In this document: piece by piece, positions 6,511 through 15,344 of the stretch
Layout: every line of letters starts with the position of its first letter
How positions within the stretch are numbered: position 1 is the stretch's first letter
Origin: a virus
IMG/VR virus record: IMGVR_UViG_3300045988_170515
DNA length: 25,591 nucleotides
Direction: 5' to 3' (one strand)
Notes under the pieces: model-generated
Told to the model about the DNA's origin: nothing
The model's database searches: none
The model's input: the letters and a program-made list of their open reading frames with translations, nothing else
Translations under genes and position numbers: made by a program

Positions 6511-6996
6511 ATGAATAAGCCAAAACCTATAAAAGAAATTCGAATAATGTTCGCTGAAGAGGTGCAGCAAATCCTCATTAGAAATGATTGGTTTGCGTTG
6601 GCAACCAATAAAGAATATGCGCAGTTCCTTGATTATGTGCGAAGGTTTGAAGGAACGCATGTTACGCTTGAAGATCTGCGTCAGATGGCAGCTGATGTTA
6701 TGCGTTACAGCGATCCGGATACCTATGATCAAGAGATGGGCATTCCCGGAATCATGTTTGAGCTTGCGCGAGCGGTACATTCCGTTTACACAGAGACGCA
6801 AGAACGCGCTGCCAAGTGTATCAACGCTGTAACCCTGCTGGCGCAGATAGAAAAGGACCTGCGCAAAACGGTAGATGAAAAAGGGGCGGAAAACAGTTCG
6901 ATGCATGAGCCTTACAAGATAATTGCGGACAGCATATATAAATTCATCATGGCGGAAATAGAAAAATGCCCTGCCGCCGATGCCGATATGATATGA
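6511..6996 (+). CDS. Hypothetical early protein
   Basis: 161 aa, RBS GAAAGGA, balanced composition. The overlapping minus-strand 215-aa ORF looks antisense (F/R/H/I rich). Confidence 0.7.
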   Translation: MNKPKPIKEIRIMFAEEVQQILIRNDWFALATNKEYAQFLDYVRRFEGTHVTLEDLRQMAADVMRYSDPDTYDQEMGIPGIMFELARAVHSVYTETQERAAKCINAVTLLAQIEKDLRKTVDEKGAENSSMHEPYKIIADSIYKFIMAEIEKCPAADADMI

Positions 6997-7379
6997 ATCT
7001 GCTGCCGCAAATGCGAAGGCTTGTGCAGCAAGCCTGTGCACACTACGAACTTTCCGTACGGGAAACCATACTGGAACGCGAGTTCACGCAGAATCGAAAC
7101 GGGGACAGGCTGCATGTGCCGTGCCTGCGTGTCAGCATCGATTACCCGAATATATGGCAAATCTGCGAACTGCAATGTGATCCGGTATCACCGAGCCGAG
7201 GATACTACAGCATGAGCAATAACAACATTGTTATGTATGCGGTGTTTGCTGACGGCAGCAAACGTATCCTTCCGGCATGGCGGGGCAAACTGATAACCGA
7301 TAATAAGGAGCTTAACCAACATGAATACCACATACGCAAGGGCTATATGCCGATCGAAGCGGACAAGCACCTACTATAA
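6993..7379 (+). CDS. Hypothetical early protein
   Basis: The start at 6993 (ATGA overlap) is preferred over the track start at 6966. 128 aa. Confidence 0.6.
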   Translation: MNLLPQMRRLVQQACAHYELSVRETILEREFTQNRNGDRLHVPCLRVSIDYPNIWQICELQCDPVSPSRGYYSMSNNNIVMYAVFADGSKRILPAWRGKLITDNKELNQHEYHIRKGYMPIEADKHLL

Positions 7380-7494
7380 GACCTGTCCGTATTGCGGAGC
7401 ACGGCTTGATCCGAACGAAAAGTGCGACTGCAAAAAGAGCAAGGGCATGGCAGCGGCTAAGGCACGCGCCGGTGCCGCCGGTGCTGAGAGGTAG
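7321..7494 (+). CDS. 57-aa Cys-rich (zinc-ribbon-like) micro-protein overlapping the 3' end of the previous gene
   Basis: MNTTYARAICRSKRTSTYYKTCPYCGARLDPNEKCDCKKSKGMAAAKARAGAAGAER contains CxxC...CxC. AAGGAG lies 10 nt upstream. It overlaps 6993-7379 by 59 nt in another frame. Confidence 0.45.
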   Translation: MNTTYARAICRSKRTSTYYKTCPYCGARLDPNEKCDCKKSKGMAAAKARAGAAGAER

Positions 7495-7577
7495 AGCGTT
7501 TCTACTTATAATTAGGAAGCACACAAGCCTTTTTCGGGCTTGTATGAAGTATTAACAAGTCAACGTTTGAATATGCG

Positions 7578-7643
7578 TGTGCGCTATCCCCTTCCGGGGT
7601 ATTACTCGGGGGGGATGCAGGGGGTCCTAACCCCCTGCGCACA
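7578..7643. other. GC-rich nested dyad symmetries immediately upstream of rep (candidate double-strand origin or regulatory site)
   Basis: tgtgcgc (7578-7584) pairs with gcgcaca (7637-7643). An 8-bp stem gcaggggg/ccccctgc (7617-7624 / 7631-7638) carries loop tcctaa. A small cccc-ttcc-gggg hairpin is also present. Confidence 0.35.
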
Positions 7644-7675
7644 TTATGCATCATATCGGCAGGAGGTTCACAACA

Positions 7676-8482
7676 ATGCACAGTTCCGAACGATACATGC
7701 AGCTGTTCACGGACACTGCATCCAGCTCATCAGGTGCGGCCGTAGGCAGATACAGATGCAAAACCATCAAGGCTGGTAAAATGCTCGAATGCGAAATCTA
7801 TCCGATATGGAACACTGCAAACGAAGTGCGCAAAGCAAAACAACACATAACCCGCGCCGAGCAGATCGCACTGAATGAACGTAATGCCCGCAAGCGGTTG
7901 GAGCGAAGGCTGAATGCAAACTTCACCGAAGAGGATTGCTGCGTAACCCTGACATATGCGGGAGATTTTGTTCCGGATGCAGATCAAGCCCGCAGGGATA
8001 TGCAGAACTATATCCGCCGGATACGTACATACCGCCGAAAGCACGGACTGAGCGAAATGAAGTATATATACGTCATAGAGTATGCCGATGCTGACGGTGT
8101 ACCAAAACGTGTACACCACCATGTTGTTATGAGCGGAATGCCGCGAGATGAGATAGAGCGGCTGTGGGGCAAGGGGTACGCAAACTGCCGCAGGCTTCAG
8201 CCGAATGAGTACGGATACGAAGCACTGTCCCGCTATATGACAAAGCAAAGCAAGGGCGGCAAACGGTGGTGCAGCTCAAAGAACTTGAAAGAACCGATTG
8301 TCACCACATCGGATACACGCATCAGCCGCCGAAAGGTTGAACGGATGATTGTTGATTTTACAACCGAACCAAAAGCGATTTTCGAAAAACTGTACAAGGG
8401 CTACACGTTTACGGACTGCGAAATCAGATATTCAAAGTTTGTGGCGGGTGCTTATATCCATACGCGAATGCGAAAGGAGTAA
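7676..8482 (+). CDS. HUH-superfamily rolling-circle replication initiator (Rep)
   Basis: Start at 7676, 9 nt after AGGAGG. Motif I CVTLTY, motif II (HUH) VHHHVVM, motif III SRYMTKQSK (catalytic Tyr). 268 aa. Confidence 0.75.
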   Translation: MHSSERYMQLFTDTASSSSGAAVGRYRCKTIKAGKMLECEIYPIWNTANEVRKAKQHITRAEQIALNERNARKRLERRLNANFTEEDCCVTLTYAGDFVPDADQARRDMQNYIRRIRTYRRKHGLSEMKYIYVIEYADADGVPKRVHHHVVMSGMPRDEIERLWGKGYANCRRLQPNEYGYEALSRYMTKQSKGGKRWCSSKNLKEPIVTTSDTRISRRKVERMIVDFTTEPKAIFEKLYKGYTFTDCEIRYSKFVAGAYIHTRMRKE

Positions 8483-8484
8483 CC

Positions 8485-8889
8485 ATGACGAAAGCCGAGC
8501 TGCGGAATTACAAGAATATCAAAAGCGAGAAAGAAGAACTTGAAAATCTGATACAGGAATACCTGGACAGCAGCACAACCATGAAAGCAACACGGCTTGC
8601 GAAACTATCCGCGCACGGCGGGAAAGCAAGCAATCCCATGCTTGCCGCTATCATCATGCAAGAGAATATCGCCGCCGTATACAGCCGAAAGGTCGAACAC
8701 CTTGCGGCGGCTATGCAGCGCATAGAAACCGCAATTGCAATGCTTCCGTCAGTCGAGCGGAGATTGATGCGAATGCGGTACATCGAGGGCTATACTTGGG
8801 CTGAGGTGTGCGAACGCATGTCATACAGCAGTCAGCGCGTGCATCAGATACACGGTAAAGCCTTGCTGTCGCTGCAAACATTAGAGTAA
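8485..8889 (+). CDS. Sigma-70 region-4-like / RinA-ArpU-type late transcription activator
   Basis: 134 aa. The C-terminus (LPSVERRLMRMRYIEGYTWAEVCERMSYSSQRVHQIHGKALLSL) is a region-4 HTH. It sits directly upstream of the HNH/terminase genes. Confidence 0.75.
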   Translation: MTKAELRNYKNIKSEKEELENLIQEYLDSSTTMKATRLAKLSAHGGKASNPMLAAIIMQENIAAVYSRKVEHLAAAMQRIETAIAMLPSVERRLMRMRYIEGYTWAEVCERMSYSSQRVHQIHGKALLSLQTLE

Positions 8890-8914
8890 ATTAGAGTAAA
8901 ACATGTGTTATAAT
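8881..8914 (+). promoter_or_regulatory. Candidate late promoter: tandem 10-bp direct repeat plus extended -10
   Basis: ttagagtaaa occurs twice (8881-8890, 8891-8900), followed by TGTTATAAT (8906-8914). The -35 hexamer is poor, consistent with activator dependence. Confidence 0.45.
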
Positions 8915-8946
8915 ACCATTGTTGAACTGTGCAAATCGAGGTGCGT

Positions 8947-9258
8947 ATGCAAGAGTGGGCGAAAAAGTTTTATAACTCAGCCGCGTGGGATGCCACACGC
9001 GCAGCATATTTGCTTAGCGTCAACGGGCTGTGCGAACGCTGCCTGCGCCGCGGCATAGTAACACCGGCTAAAGTGGTTCACCACAAAAAATATTTGACAC
9101 CGAAAAATATCGGAACGGCAACCGTTACACTGTCGTGGGATAATCTCGAAGCGTTGTGCCAGGACTGCCACAACTCTGAGCATCATCAGCATCGCAAGAA
9201 GCGATATACGTTCGATGCGAACGGACACATAATCCCCCCCTATTCTCACACCGAGTAG
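8947..9258 (+). CDS. HNH endonuclease (packaging-associated)
   Basis: CERCL...VHHKKYL...NLEALCQDCHNSEHH. The ATG at 8947 after GAGGTG is preferred over the GTG at 8929. Confidence 0.85.
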   Translation: MQEWAKKFYNSAAWDATRAAYLLSVNGLCERCLRRGIVTPAKVVHHKKYLTPKNIGTATVTLSWDNLEALCQDCHNSEHHQHRKKRYTFDANGHIIPPYSHTE

Positions 9259-9377
9259 GGGTTCAGCCAACCGAGGAGGGGAGGAACGAATTACTCCGCA
9301 GGTGTGCGCGTGTGCGGTGTAGCGCGTGTCGATGGGGGGTGGTGTCTCGGGCAACTGACGGAAAGGAGGGCAGATCT

Positions 9378-9734
9378 TTGGCTGCAAAGGCGATCATATC
9401 GAAAGATGAACTGATTAAGAAGGAATTAAAGCGACTTGGTAAAGTTTTTGCAGATTTAGACGGAAATCAACGCAAAGTTGTGGAACCGCTGTTGTCAACA
9501 GCGGCTTTTTTATCCGTGTCGCTTGCAGAATTGCAGGAAAGCATAAACGAAAACGGCTACACTGAAGAGTATCAAAACGGCGCAAACCAATTCGGGGTTA
9601 AGCAAAGCGAGAATGTGAAAACGCATATCGCAATGACCAAAAATCTAACTGCAATCGTTAAGCAGCTCTGTGATCTTGTGCCTCCGGAACGCAAGAAAGA
9701 GAGCCGCCTGGCTGCACTGAGACGTGATGAATAA
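9378..9734 (+). CDS. terS: Terminase small subunit (P27-like)
   Basis: TTG start 6 nt after AAAGGAGGG, with no in-frame ATG nearby. The pattern NQRKVVEPLL...LAELQESINENGYTEEYQNGANQFGVKQSENVK is typical of P27-family terS. Confidence 0.8.
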   Translation: MAAKAIISKDELIKKELKRLGKVFADLDGNQRKVVEPLLSTAAFLSVSLAELQESINENGYTEEYQNGANQFGVKQSENVKTHIAMTKNLTAIVKQLCDLVPPERKKESRLAALRRDE

Positions 9735-11373
9735 CTACATCATCGACTATGAACGCTGCATACGCACTGGAACCATGGCGGCAAGCATTGAGGTTAAAAC
9801 GCTGTACAAGAAATTGGTGCAGGGCATATCGGACGGAAGCCTGATTTACAACCACAAAAAAGCAATGAAGCCAATAAACTTCATCGAGAATTTTTGCCAC
9901 CACAGTGCGGGCCGATCGGATCTGCTTAAGCTGGAACTTTGGCAGAAGGCTGCACTGTCAGCAATATTCGGAATTGTAGATGAAAATGGCAATCGTGTTT
10001 ATCGTGAGGTATTTCTGGTTGTTGGCCGGAAGAACGGTAAAAGTTTGTTGGCATCCGCAATCATCGCATATATGGCATACATTGACGGCGAATACGGGGC
10101 TGAAATTTACTGCCTTGCGCCGAAGCTGGATCAGGCAAGTCTGGTATTCAATGCATTCTACCAAATGATTCAAAAAGAGCCGGAGCTTGAAGAATTATCA
10201 AAAAAACGGCGCAGTGATATTTACATTGCCGATACAAACACAACCGTGAAACCGATAGCATTCAACGCAAAAAAATCCGATGGATTCAACCCGCACTTAG
10301 TTGTGAATGATGAAATGGCAGCATGGCGGGGCGATGCAGGACTTAAGCAGTACGAGGTAATGAAATCCGCACTGGGTGCACGTAAACAGCCGCTGATATT
10401 GTCCATATCAACGGCAGGATATGAAAACAACGGCATATTCGATGAGCTGATGAAACGCGCATCAGCAGTGCTGAAAGGCAGCAGCAAAGAAACAAGGCTG
10501 TTGCCCATTATTTATAAAATCGATGATCCCAATCGGTGGAATGATGCAACTGAAATCCGCAAAGCAAACCCCAATATTGGAGTGTCTGTATCGGCGGATT
10601 TTTTCCGAGATGAAGCTGCCGTAGCTGAAACATCCGCGAGCAAAAAAACAGAGTTCCTGACCAAATACTGCAACATCAAACAAAGTTCGAGCGTAGCCTG
10701 GATAGACTATAACACCGTTTCCAAGTCGGTATGTGCCTGTGCGATCGATGATTTCGCAGGCTGCTATGCTGTCGGCGGGCTGGATCTGTCTCAGACAACG
10801 GACCTTACGGCAGCAAGCTGCATCATCGAACGCGGCGGATCTCTGTACAATTTCACGCAGTTCTTCATGCCGCATTCGCGCCTGGAACGTGCGTGTGCGG
10901 AAGACGGAGTTCCGTACAGCGCATTCGTGCAGCGAGGCATTCTGACGCTGTCAGGCGATAATCACGTTGACTACAACGATGTATTCGCCTGGTTTCGCAC
11001 ACTGGTGGAAGCGCACAAGATTTACATACTTAAGGTTGGATATGACCGCTATTCAGCTCAGTACCTTGTAGATCAAATGCGTGAATACGGATTTCATATG
11101 GACGATGTTTTCCAGGGTGAGAACCTAACTCCGGTTATACGCGAATTCGAAGGTATCATGCTGGACGGCAAATTTAAAATTTGCGGTGAAAACGACTTGC
11201 TCAAAGCGCATTTTCTTAACGTTGCAATGAAGCAAAATCTCGAAACACGCAAGATAAGGCCGATAAAAATAAATCAACGGGATCGCATAGACGGGTTTGT
11301 GTCCGTACTTGATGCGCTGACCGTTCGGCAAAAGTACAATCAAGAAATAGGAGAACTGCTGAAAAATGAATAA
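9727..11373 (+). CDS. terL: Terminase large subunit
   Basis: Walker A VVGRKNGKS, Walker B LVVNDEM, C-terminal nuclease region. About 548 aa. The alternative GTG start at 9724 overlaps the terS stop. Confidence 0.92.
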   Translation: MNNYIIDYERCIRTGTMAASIEVKTLYKKLVQGISDGSLIYNHKKAMKPINFIENFCHHSAGRSDLLKLELWQKAALSAIFGIVDENGNRVYREVFLVVGRKNGKSLLASAIIAYMAYIDGEYGAEIYCLAPKLDQASLVFNAFYQMIQKEPELEELSKKRRSDIYIADTNTTVKPIAFNAKKSDGFNPHLVVNDEMAAWRGDAGLKQYEVMKSALGARKQPLILSISTAGYENNGIFDELMKRASAVLKGSSKETRLLPIIYKIDDPNRWNDATEIRKANPNIGVSVSADFFRDEAAVAETSASKKTEFLTKYCNIKQSSSVAWIDYNTVSKSVCACAIDDFAGCYAVGGLDLSQTTDLTAASCIIERGGSLYNFTQFFMPHSRLERACAEDGVPYSAFVQRGILTLSGDNHVDYNDVFAWFRTLVEAHKIYILKVGYDRYSAQYLVDQMREYGFHMDDVFQGENLTPVIREFEGIMLDGKFKICGENDLLKAHFLNVAMKQNLETRKIRPIKINQRDRIDGFVSVLDALTVRQKYNQEIGELLKNE

Positions 11374-12622
11374 AACTACCAAGGGTGAACGGCGCGGGTT
11401 GTTTGATGCAATATTCGGCAAGCCTAAGGCACTGCAAGCAAACAGTTATTTTAAGCTGCTGAACGGCTACACACCTGTTTTTACGAACGCGCCGGAAAGC
11501 ATCTATGAGATGGAGCTTACCCGAGCAGCTATACACCAGTTCGCCACTTTTTGCAGCAAACTAAAACCGGAAATGACCGGCAAGGCAATGCGGCACCTGG
11601 AAAAGACACTGCAAATGAAACCCAACCCCTTCATGGATACAACCAAATTTATTTACAGGATAGCAACGATCCTATCTGTAAACAATACTGCATTTATCGT
11701 TCCTATCGAGGATGAACGCGGTGTGATTATGTACTACTATCCCGTTCTTCCGCAGCGGTGCGAAGTGGTCGAACACAAAGGTAAACCGTATTTGCGGTAC
11801 ACGTTCGGAACAGGACAGGTTGCAGCGATAGAATATGAACGTGTCGGTGTGCTGACGCAATTCCAGTATGAAAATGATTTTTTCGGCAGCAGTAACAGCG
11901 CACTGCGCCCGACAATGCAGCTGATCCATACACAGAATCAAGGCATAATTAACAGCGTAAAAAATTCCGCATCTATCCGATTCCTGGCTAAAATCGCCAA
12001 CATCATTAAGCCCGAAGACATAGAGGCGGAGCGCAAACGATTTACGAAGGATAATCTGTCAGCAGACAATGAGAGCGGTATGATCATCTATGATAACAAG
12101 TTTTCTGACATCAAGCAAGTCGATTCGAAACCCGTGACGGTATCACCGGCACAAATGCAGTTGATTAATGAATCGGTTTACAGGTATTTCGGAACAAACG
12201 CAAAGATCCTGACAAACTCTTATACTGATGAAGAATGGGGCGCCTACTATGAGGGCAAAATTGAGCCGTTTGCAGTGCAGCTTTCACTGGTAATGTCAAA
12301 CATGACATTCAGCCCGCGAGAGATATCACACGGAAACAGCATTTTGTTTTCGGCCAATCGGCTACAGTATGCAAAGACTGAAACAAAAATCGCTGTATCA
12401 ACACAACTTTTTGACCGTGGTCTTATAAATCGCAACAGCGTGATGGATATCTTCAATATGCCGCACGTAGAAGGCGGCGATAAGTACTACATTCGCAAGG
12501 AATATGCAGAGGTATCACAACTCGGAAAGGAGACTGACAATGCCGATAGTCGCAACACGGGAGTACAGAGCACTGCTGGGTCCGCTGACACAGCAGTCAA
12601 CAACACAGACGAAACGAATTGA
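11366..12622 (+). CDS. Portal protein (HK97 family)
   Basis: 418 aa, positioned right after terL with a start overlapping the terL stop. The sequence pattern is typical of HK97-type portals. Confidence 0.88.
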   Translation: MNKTTKGERRGLFDAIFGKPKALQANSYFKLLNGYTPVFTNAPESIYEMELTRAAIHQFATFCSKLKPEMTGKAMRHLEKTLQMKPNPFMDTTKFIYRIATILSVNNTAFIVPIEDERGVIMYYYPVLPQRCEVVEHKGKPYLRYTFGTGQVAAIEYERVGVLTQFQYENDFFGSSNSALRPTMQLIHTQNQGIINSVKNSASIRFLAKIANIIKPEDIEAERKRFTKDNLSADNESGMIIYDNKFSDIKQVDSKPVTVSPAQMQLINESVYRYFGTNAKILTNSYTDEEWGAYYEGKIEPFAVQLSLVMSNMTFSPREISHGNSILFSANRLQYAKTETKIAVSTQLFDRGLINRNSVMDIFNMPHVEGGDKYYIRKEYAEVSQLGKETDNADSRNTGVQSTAGSADTAVNNTDETN

Positions 12623-13148
12623 ATCATCCCACTACGTGGAAGGGTACGCAACAACGTTCGGAAAGCCGTATCTGCTGTATGATTTTAATAATACAAAAAT
12701 CTACGAACGCATTGAACCTACTGCGCTTGACAATGCGGACCTGTCAGACGTTATCATGCAGTACGATCATCACGGCAAAGTGCTGGCGCGTACCGGCAAT
12801 AACACGCTTGGCTTGATAACTGATTCACACGGGCTTTTGATGTATGCAGATCTATCGAAATCAACCGCCGCAAAAGAACTGTACGAAGAAATCGGTGCAG
12901 GCCTGGTAACAAAGATGTCATGGGCATTCACGATAGCCGATGAAGATTTTGACGAAAGCACCAACACACGAATAATTAAACGCATAAAAAAGGTTTATGA
13001 TGTATCTGCGGTAAGCTGCCCTGCTAACCCGGATACTGAAATAGCTGCGCGTGCCTTTTGTAACGGAGTGATCACAAAAAGCAAACGGGAGACGTTAAAG
13101 CGCAAAATCAGAATTAACAGACTGCTTAACAAACTGGAGGTAAAATAA
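12540..13148 (+). CDS. Prohead maturation protease (HK97/S78 family)
   Basis: ATG at 12540 after AAGGAG. Patterns YVEGYATTFG...QYDHHGKVLARTGNNTL...SWAF. It lies between portal and capsid. Confidence 0.85.
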   Translation: MPIVATREYRALLGPLTQQSTTQTKRIESSHYVEGYATTFGKPYLLYDFNNTKIYERIEPTALDNADLSDVIMQYDHHGKVLARTGNNTLGLITDSHGLLMYADLSKSTAAKELYEEIGAGLVTKMSWAFTIADEDFDESTNTRIIKRIKKVYDVSAVSCPANPDTEIAARAFCNGVITKSKRETLKRKIRINRLLNKLEVK

Positions 13149-13153
13149 CCAAA

Positions 13154-14317
13154 ATGAACCGAATAGCTGAAATTGATGAACGACTGGCTGCGATTCAGAA
13201 CGACATTACAACCCGCGCCGCAGAGCTCACGGATGCTGAAATTGCCGCATTCGAAGAGGAAGTGAAAAATCTTCAGACGGAGCGAAACGGCCTTATGCAG
13301 GCCGAACAGCGCAGAAGAGCACTTCTGAACGGCATAGCTAATCGCGGAGCAAACACAAACCCTATGCCCGGCATGGGACTGCCCAACACCGAGCCTGAAA
13401 ACATCAATCCTGCCGACAGCCCTGAGTATCGCAGCGCATGGCTGAATAGGTTGCGTGGTATACGGCTGACAGATGCGGAGGAACGCGCATACTCTAACGC
13501 CACCGGCGCAGGCGCTGAGTTGATTCCCACACAAACCGCGAATGAAATCATCAGTAAAATTCGCGAGAAAGCTCCGCTGCTGGCCGAAATCACACTGCTG
13601 CAAGTGTCTGGGAATGTTAAGTTCGTGGTGGAAGGCACTACCAATGCAGCAGCACTGCACACCGAAAATGCCGCCATTACGGCTGCAACCGACACACCGG
13701 CTGAAGTGTCGCTGACGGGCTATGAAATTGTAAAGCTTGTGGTTATATCCGACAGCGTCCGTACAATGTCTATAGCCGCATTCGAATCGTGGCTTACAGA
13801 AATGCTGTCTTCAAACATTGCCAACAAAATCAATGCACTGATAATAAACGGCACAGGATCAAGTCAGCCGAAAGGCATAAATGCCGCTAACACGTGGGGC
13901 AACACCAACAGCGTAACTGTCGCTAAGGACGCATCATTGACCACTGCAAATGTGTTGAGTTTGATCGGGCTGCTTCCTTCCGGGTATGATGCCAATGCCA
14001 AGATCGTTATGAGTAAACGCACTCTGTACACCGATTTCATGCCGTTGCAGGATAACGCCAAGAACAATATCGTTACTGTACAGGGAAAAGAATATTTTGT
14101 TTACGGGTATCCCGTTGTACTGAGCGATGATGTAACACTGCACGAAGCATTCCTGGGTGATATGAAGAAGTATGTAGGCAACCTTGGCGAAGCCGTCAAC
14201 GTAAAGTCGATGTACAACATCGATAACAACAACTATAAGTATGCCGGAATCGCTATTTTCGATGGTGCGCCTGCATTCGGAGAGGCGTTCGTCAAGCTTG
14301 TAAAGGCAACGGCATAA
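13154..14317 (+). CDS. Major capsid protein (HK97 fold) with N-terminal coiled-coil delta/scaffold domain
   Basis: 387 aa. N-terminal E/A-rich helix, then NGTGSSQPKGI and downstream HK97-family patterns. Confidence 0.92.
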   Translation: MNRIAEIDERLAAIQNDITTRAAELTDAEIAAFEEEVKNLQTERNGLMQAEQRRRALLNGIANRGANTNPMPGMGLPNTEPENINPADSPEYRSAWLNRLRGIRLTDAEERAYSNATGAGAELIPTQTANEIISKIREKAPLLAEITLLQVSGNVKFVVEGTTNAAALHTENAAITAATDTPAEVSLTGYEIVKLVVISDSVRTMSIAAFESWLTEMLSSNIANKINALIINGTGSSQPKGINAANTWGNTNSVTVAKDASLTTANVLSLIGLLPSGYDANAKIVMSKRTLYTDFMPLQDNAKNNIVTVQGKEYFVYGYPVVLSDDVTLHEAFLGDMKKYVGNLGEAVNVKSMYNIDNNNYKYAGIAIFDGAPAFGEAFVKLVKATA

Positions 14318-14328
14318 GGCGGTGCAAA

Positions 14329-14613
14329 GTGCTGCTTGACGATGCACGTTTAGCCCTGCGCCGCACATCAAAGAGCTTTGACGCCGAAATAATTAATCTT
14401 ATCGAAGCGGCACTCGATGAGTTAAGGGCAGCAGGCGCGGATATTCCCGTACGAATATCACATGAAACCGAAGCATCACCGCTTGTGAATCGTGCGGTGA
14501 TGCTTTATTGTAAGGCGCATTTCGGGTTCAATGATGATAATGAACGCTATATCAAGGCGTTCGAACACATAAAAAGCACATTAGCATTGGTAGGTGATAA
14601 CGATGCTGTATAG
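14329..14613 (+). CDS. Head-tail connector (gp6-like)
   Basis: 94 aa, GTG start. LDDARLALRRTSKSFDAEIINLIEAALDELRAAG is typical of gp6-like connectors. Confidence 0.75.
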   Translation: MLLDDARLALRRTSKSFDAEIINLIEAALDELRAAGADIPVRISHETEASPLVNRAVMLYCKAHFGFNDDNERYIKAFEHIKSTLALVGDNDAV

Positions 14614-14941
14614 TGATGAACTGGTACTGATAGCGCGATCTGAATCACAGCGCGATGCAAACGGATTCCTGCTGCCGCCCAAAGAGCAGCGCACGCAGGT
14701 TTTCGGTGAGCGAAAATCAGTAGGAACGAATGAGTTCTATAAAGCGGCCATGGCGGGATACACAACTGTACTGAAATTTGTACTGTCATCCAATGAGTAT
14801 CATGATGAAAAGTACGCCGAATTTGCCGGGAACCGCTACATCGTTACCCGCGCTTACACAGCATCGAACGGTGAAGAAACCGAACTAACGCTATCTGATA
14901 TGAAGAGCGATAAAGGGGGTGAAACCGATAGCCAGGTTTGA
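14603..14941 (+). CDS. Head-closure / head-tail adaptor protein
   Basis: ATG at 14603 after GGTAGGTGA. Call based on size and position. Confidence 0.65.
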   Translation: MLYSDELVLIARSESQRDANGFLLPPKEQRTQVFGERKSVGTNEFYKAAMAGYTTVLKFVLSSNEYHDEKYAEFAGNRYIVTRAYTASNGEETELTLSDMKSDKGGETDSQV

Positions 14942-15344
14942 GAGTATAGGCATACACGAAATTGCCGTGAGCATGAACAAACGTGCTGACGAAATCGGGG
15001 ATACTGTAGAATCCATGCTGAAAGCCGGTGCCAACGTGGTTATAGCAGCGCAAAAGGACAGTGCTGTACGTCATCGACACATTGACACGGGCGATATGCT
15101 CAAAAGTATAAAGGCTACGCGCCCCAAACGCAAAGACTACAGCAGCAGTATCGACATTTACCCGCAAGGCAAGGACCGTAAAGGCATCCGCAATGCTGAT
15201 AAAGCATTTATATTGAACTACGGATGCAGCAGCATCCCCGGATCGCGCTGGGTGCAGGAAGCGAACGAAAACTGCGGTGACAGCGTCAATGCTGCTATGT
15301 ACGAAGTGATGCACGCTGCTCAGAAAGGCGGTGCCGATGGATGA
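14919..15344 (+). CDS. HK97 gp10-like neck / tail-completion protein
   Basis: 141 aa, called from position and N-terminal pattern. The GTG start directly abuts a G-rich RBS, so the start is uncertain. Confidence 0.6.
   Translation: MKPIARFESIGIHEIAVSMNKRADEIGDTVESMLKAGANVVIAAQKDSAVRHRHIDTGDMLKSIKATRPKRKDYSSSIDIYPQGKDRKGIRNADKAFILNYGCSSIPGSRWVQEANENCGDSVNAAMYEVMHAAQKGGADG

Noticed and set aside
6394-7041. Minus-strand 215-aa ORF
   Set aside because: It is antisense to the 161-aa plus-strand gene that has an RBS and balanced composition. The minus-frame product is F/R/H/I-rich, and it would run against the whole early operon.
7523-7543. Hairpin acaagcc-tttttcg-ggcttgt as a terminator after the Cys-rich micro-ORF
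   Set aside because: The stem is only 7 bp and no U-tract follows on either strand, so it was not called as a terminator. It may be part of the rep upstream regulatory or origin region.
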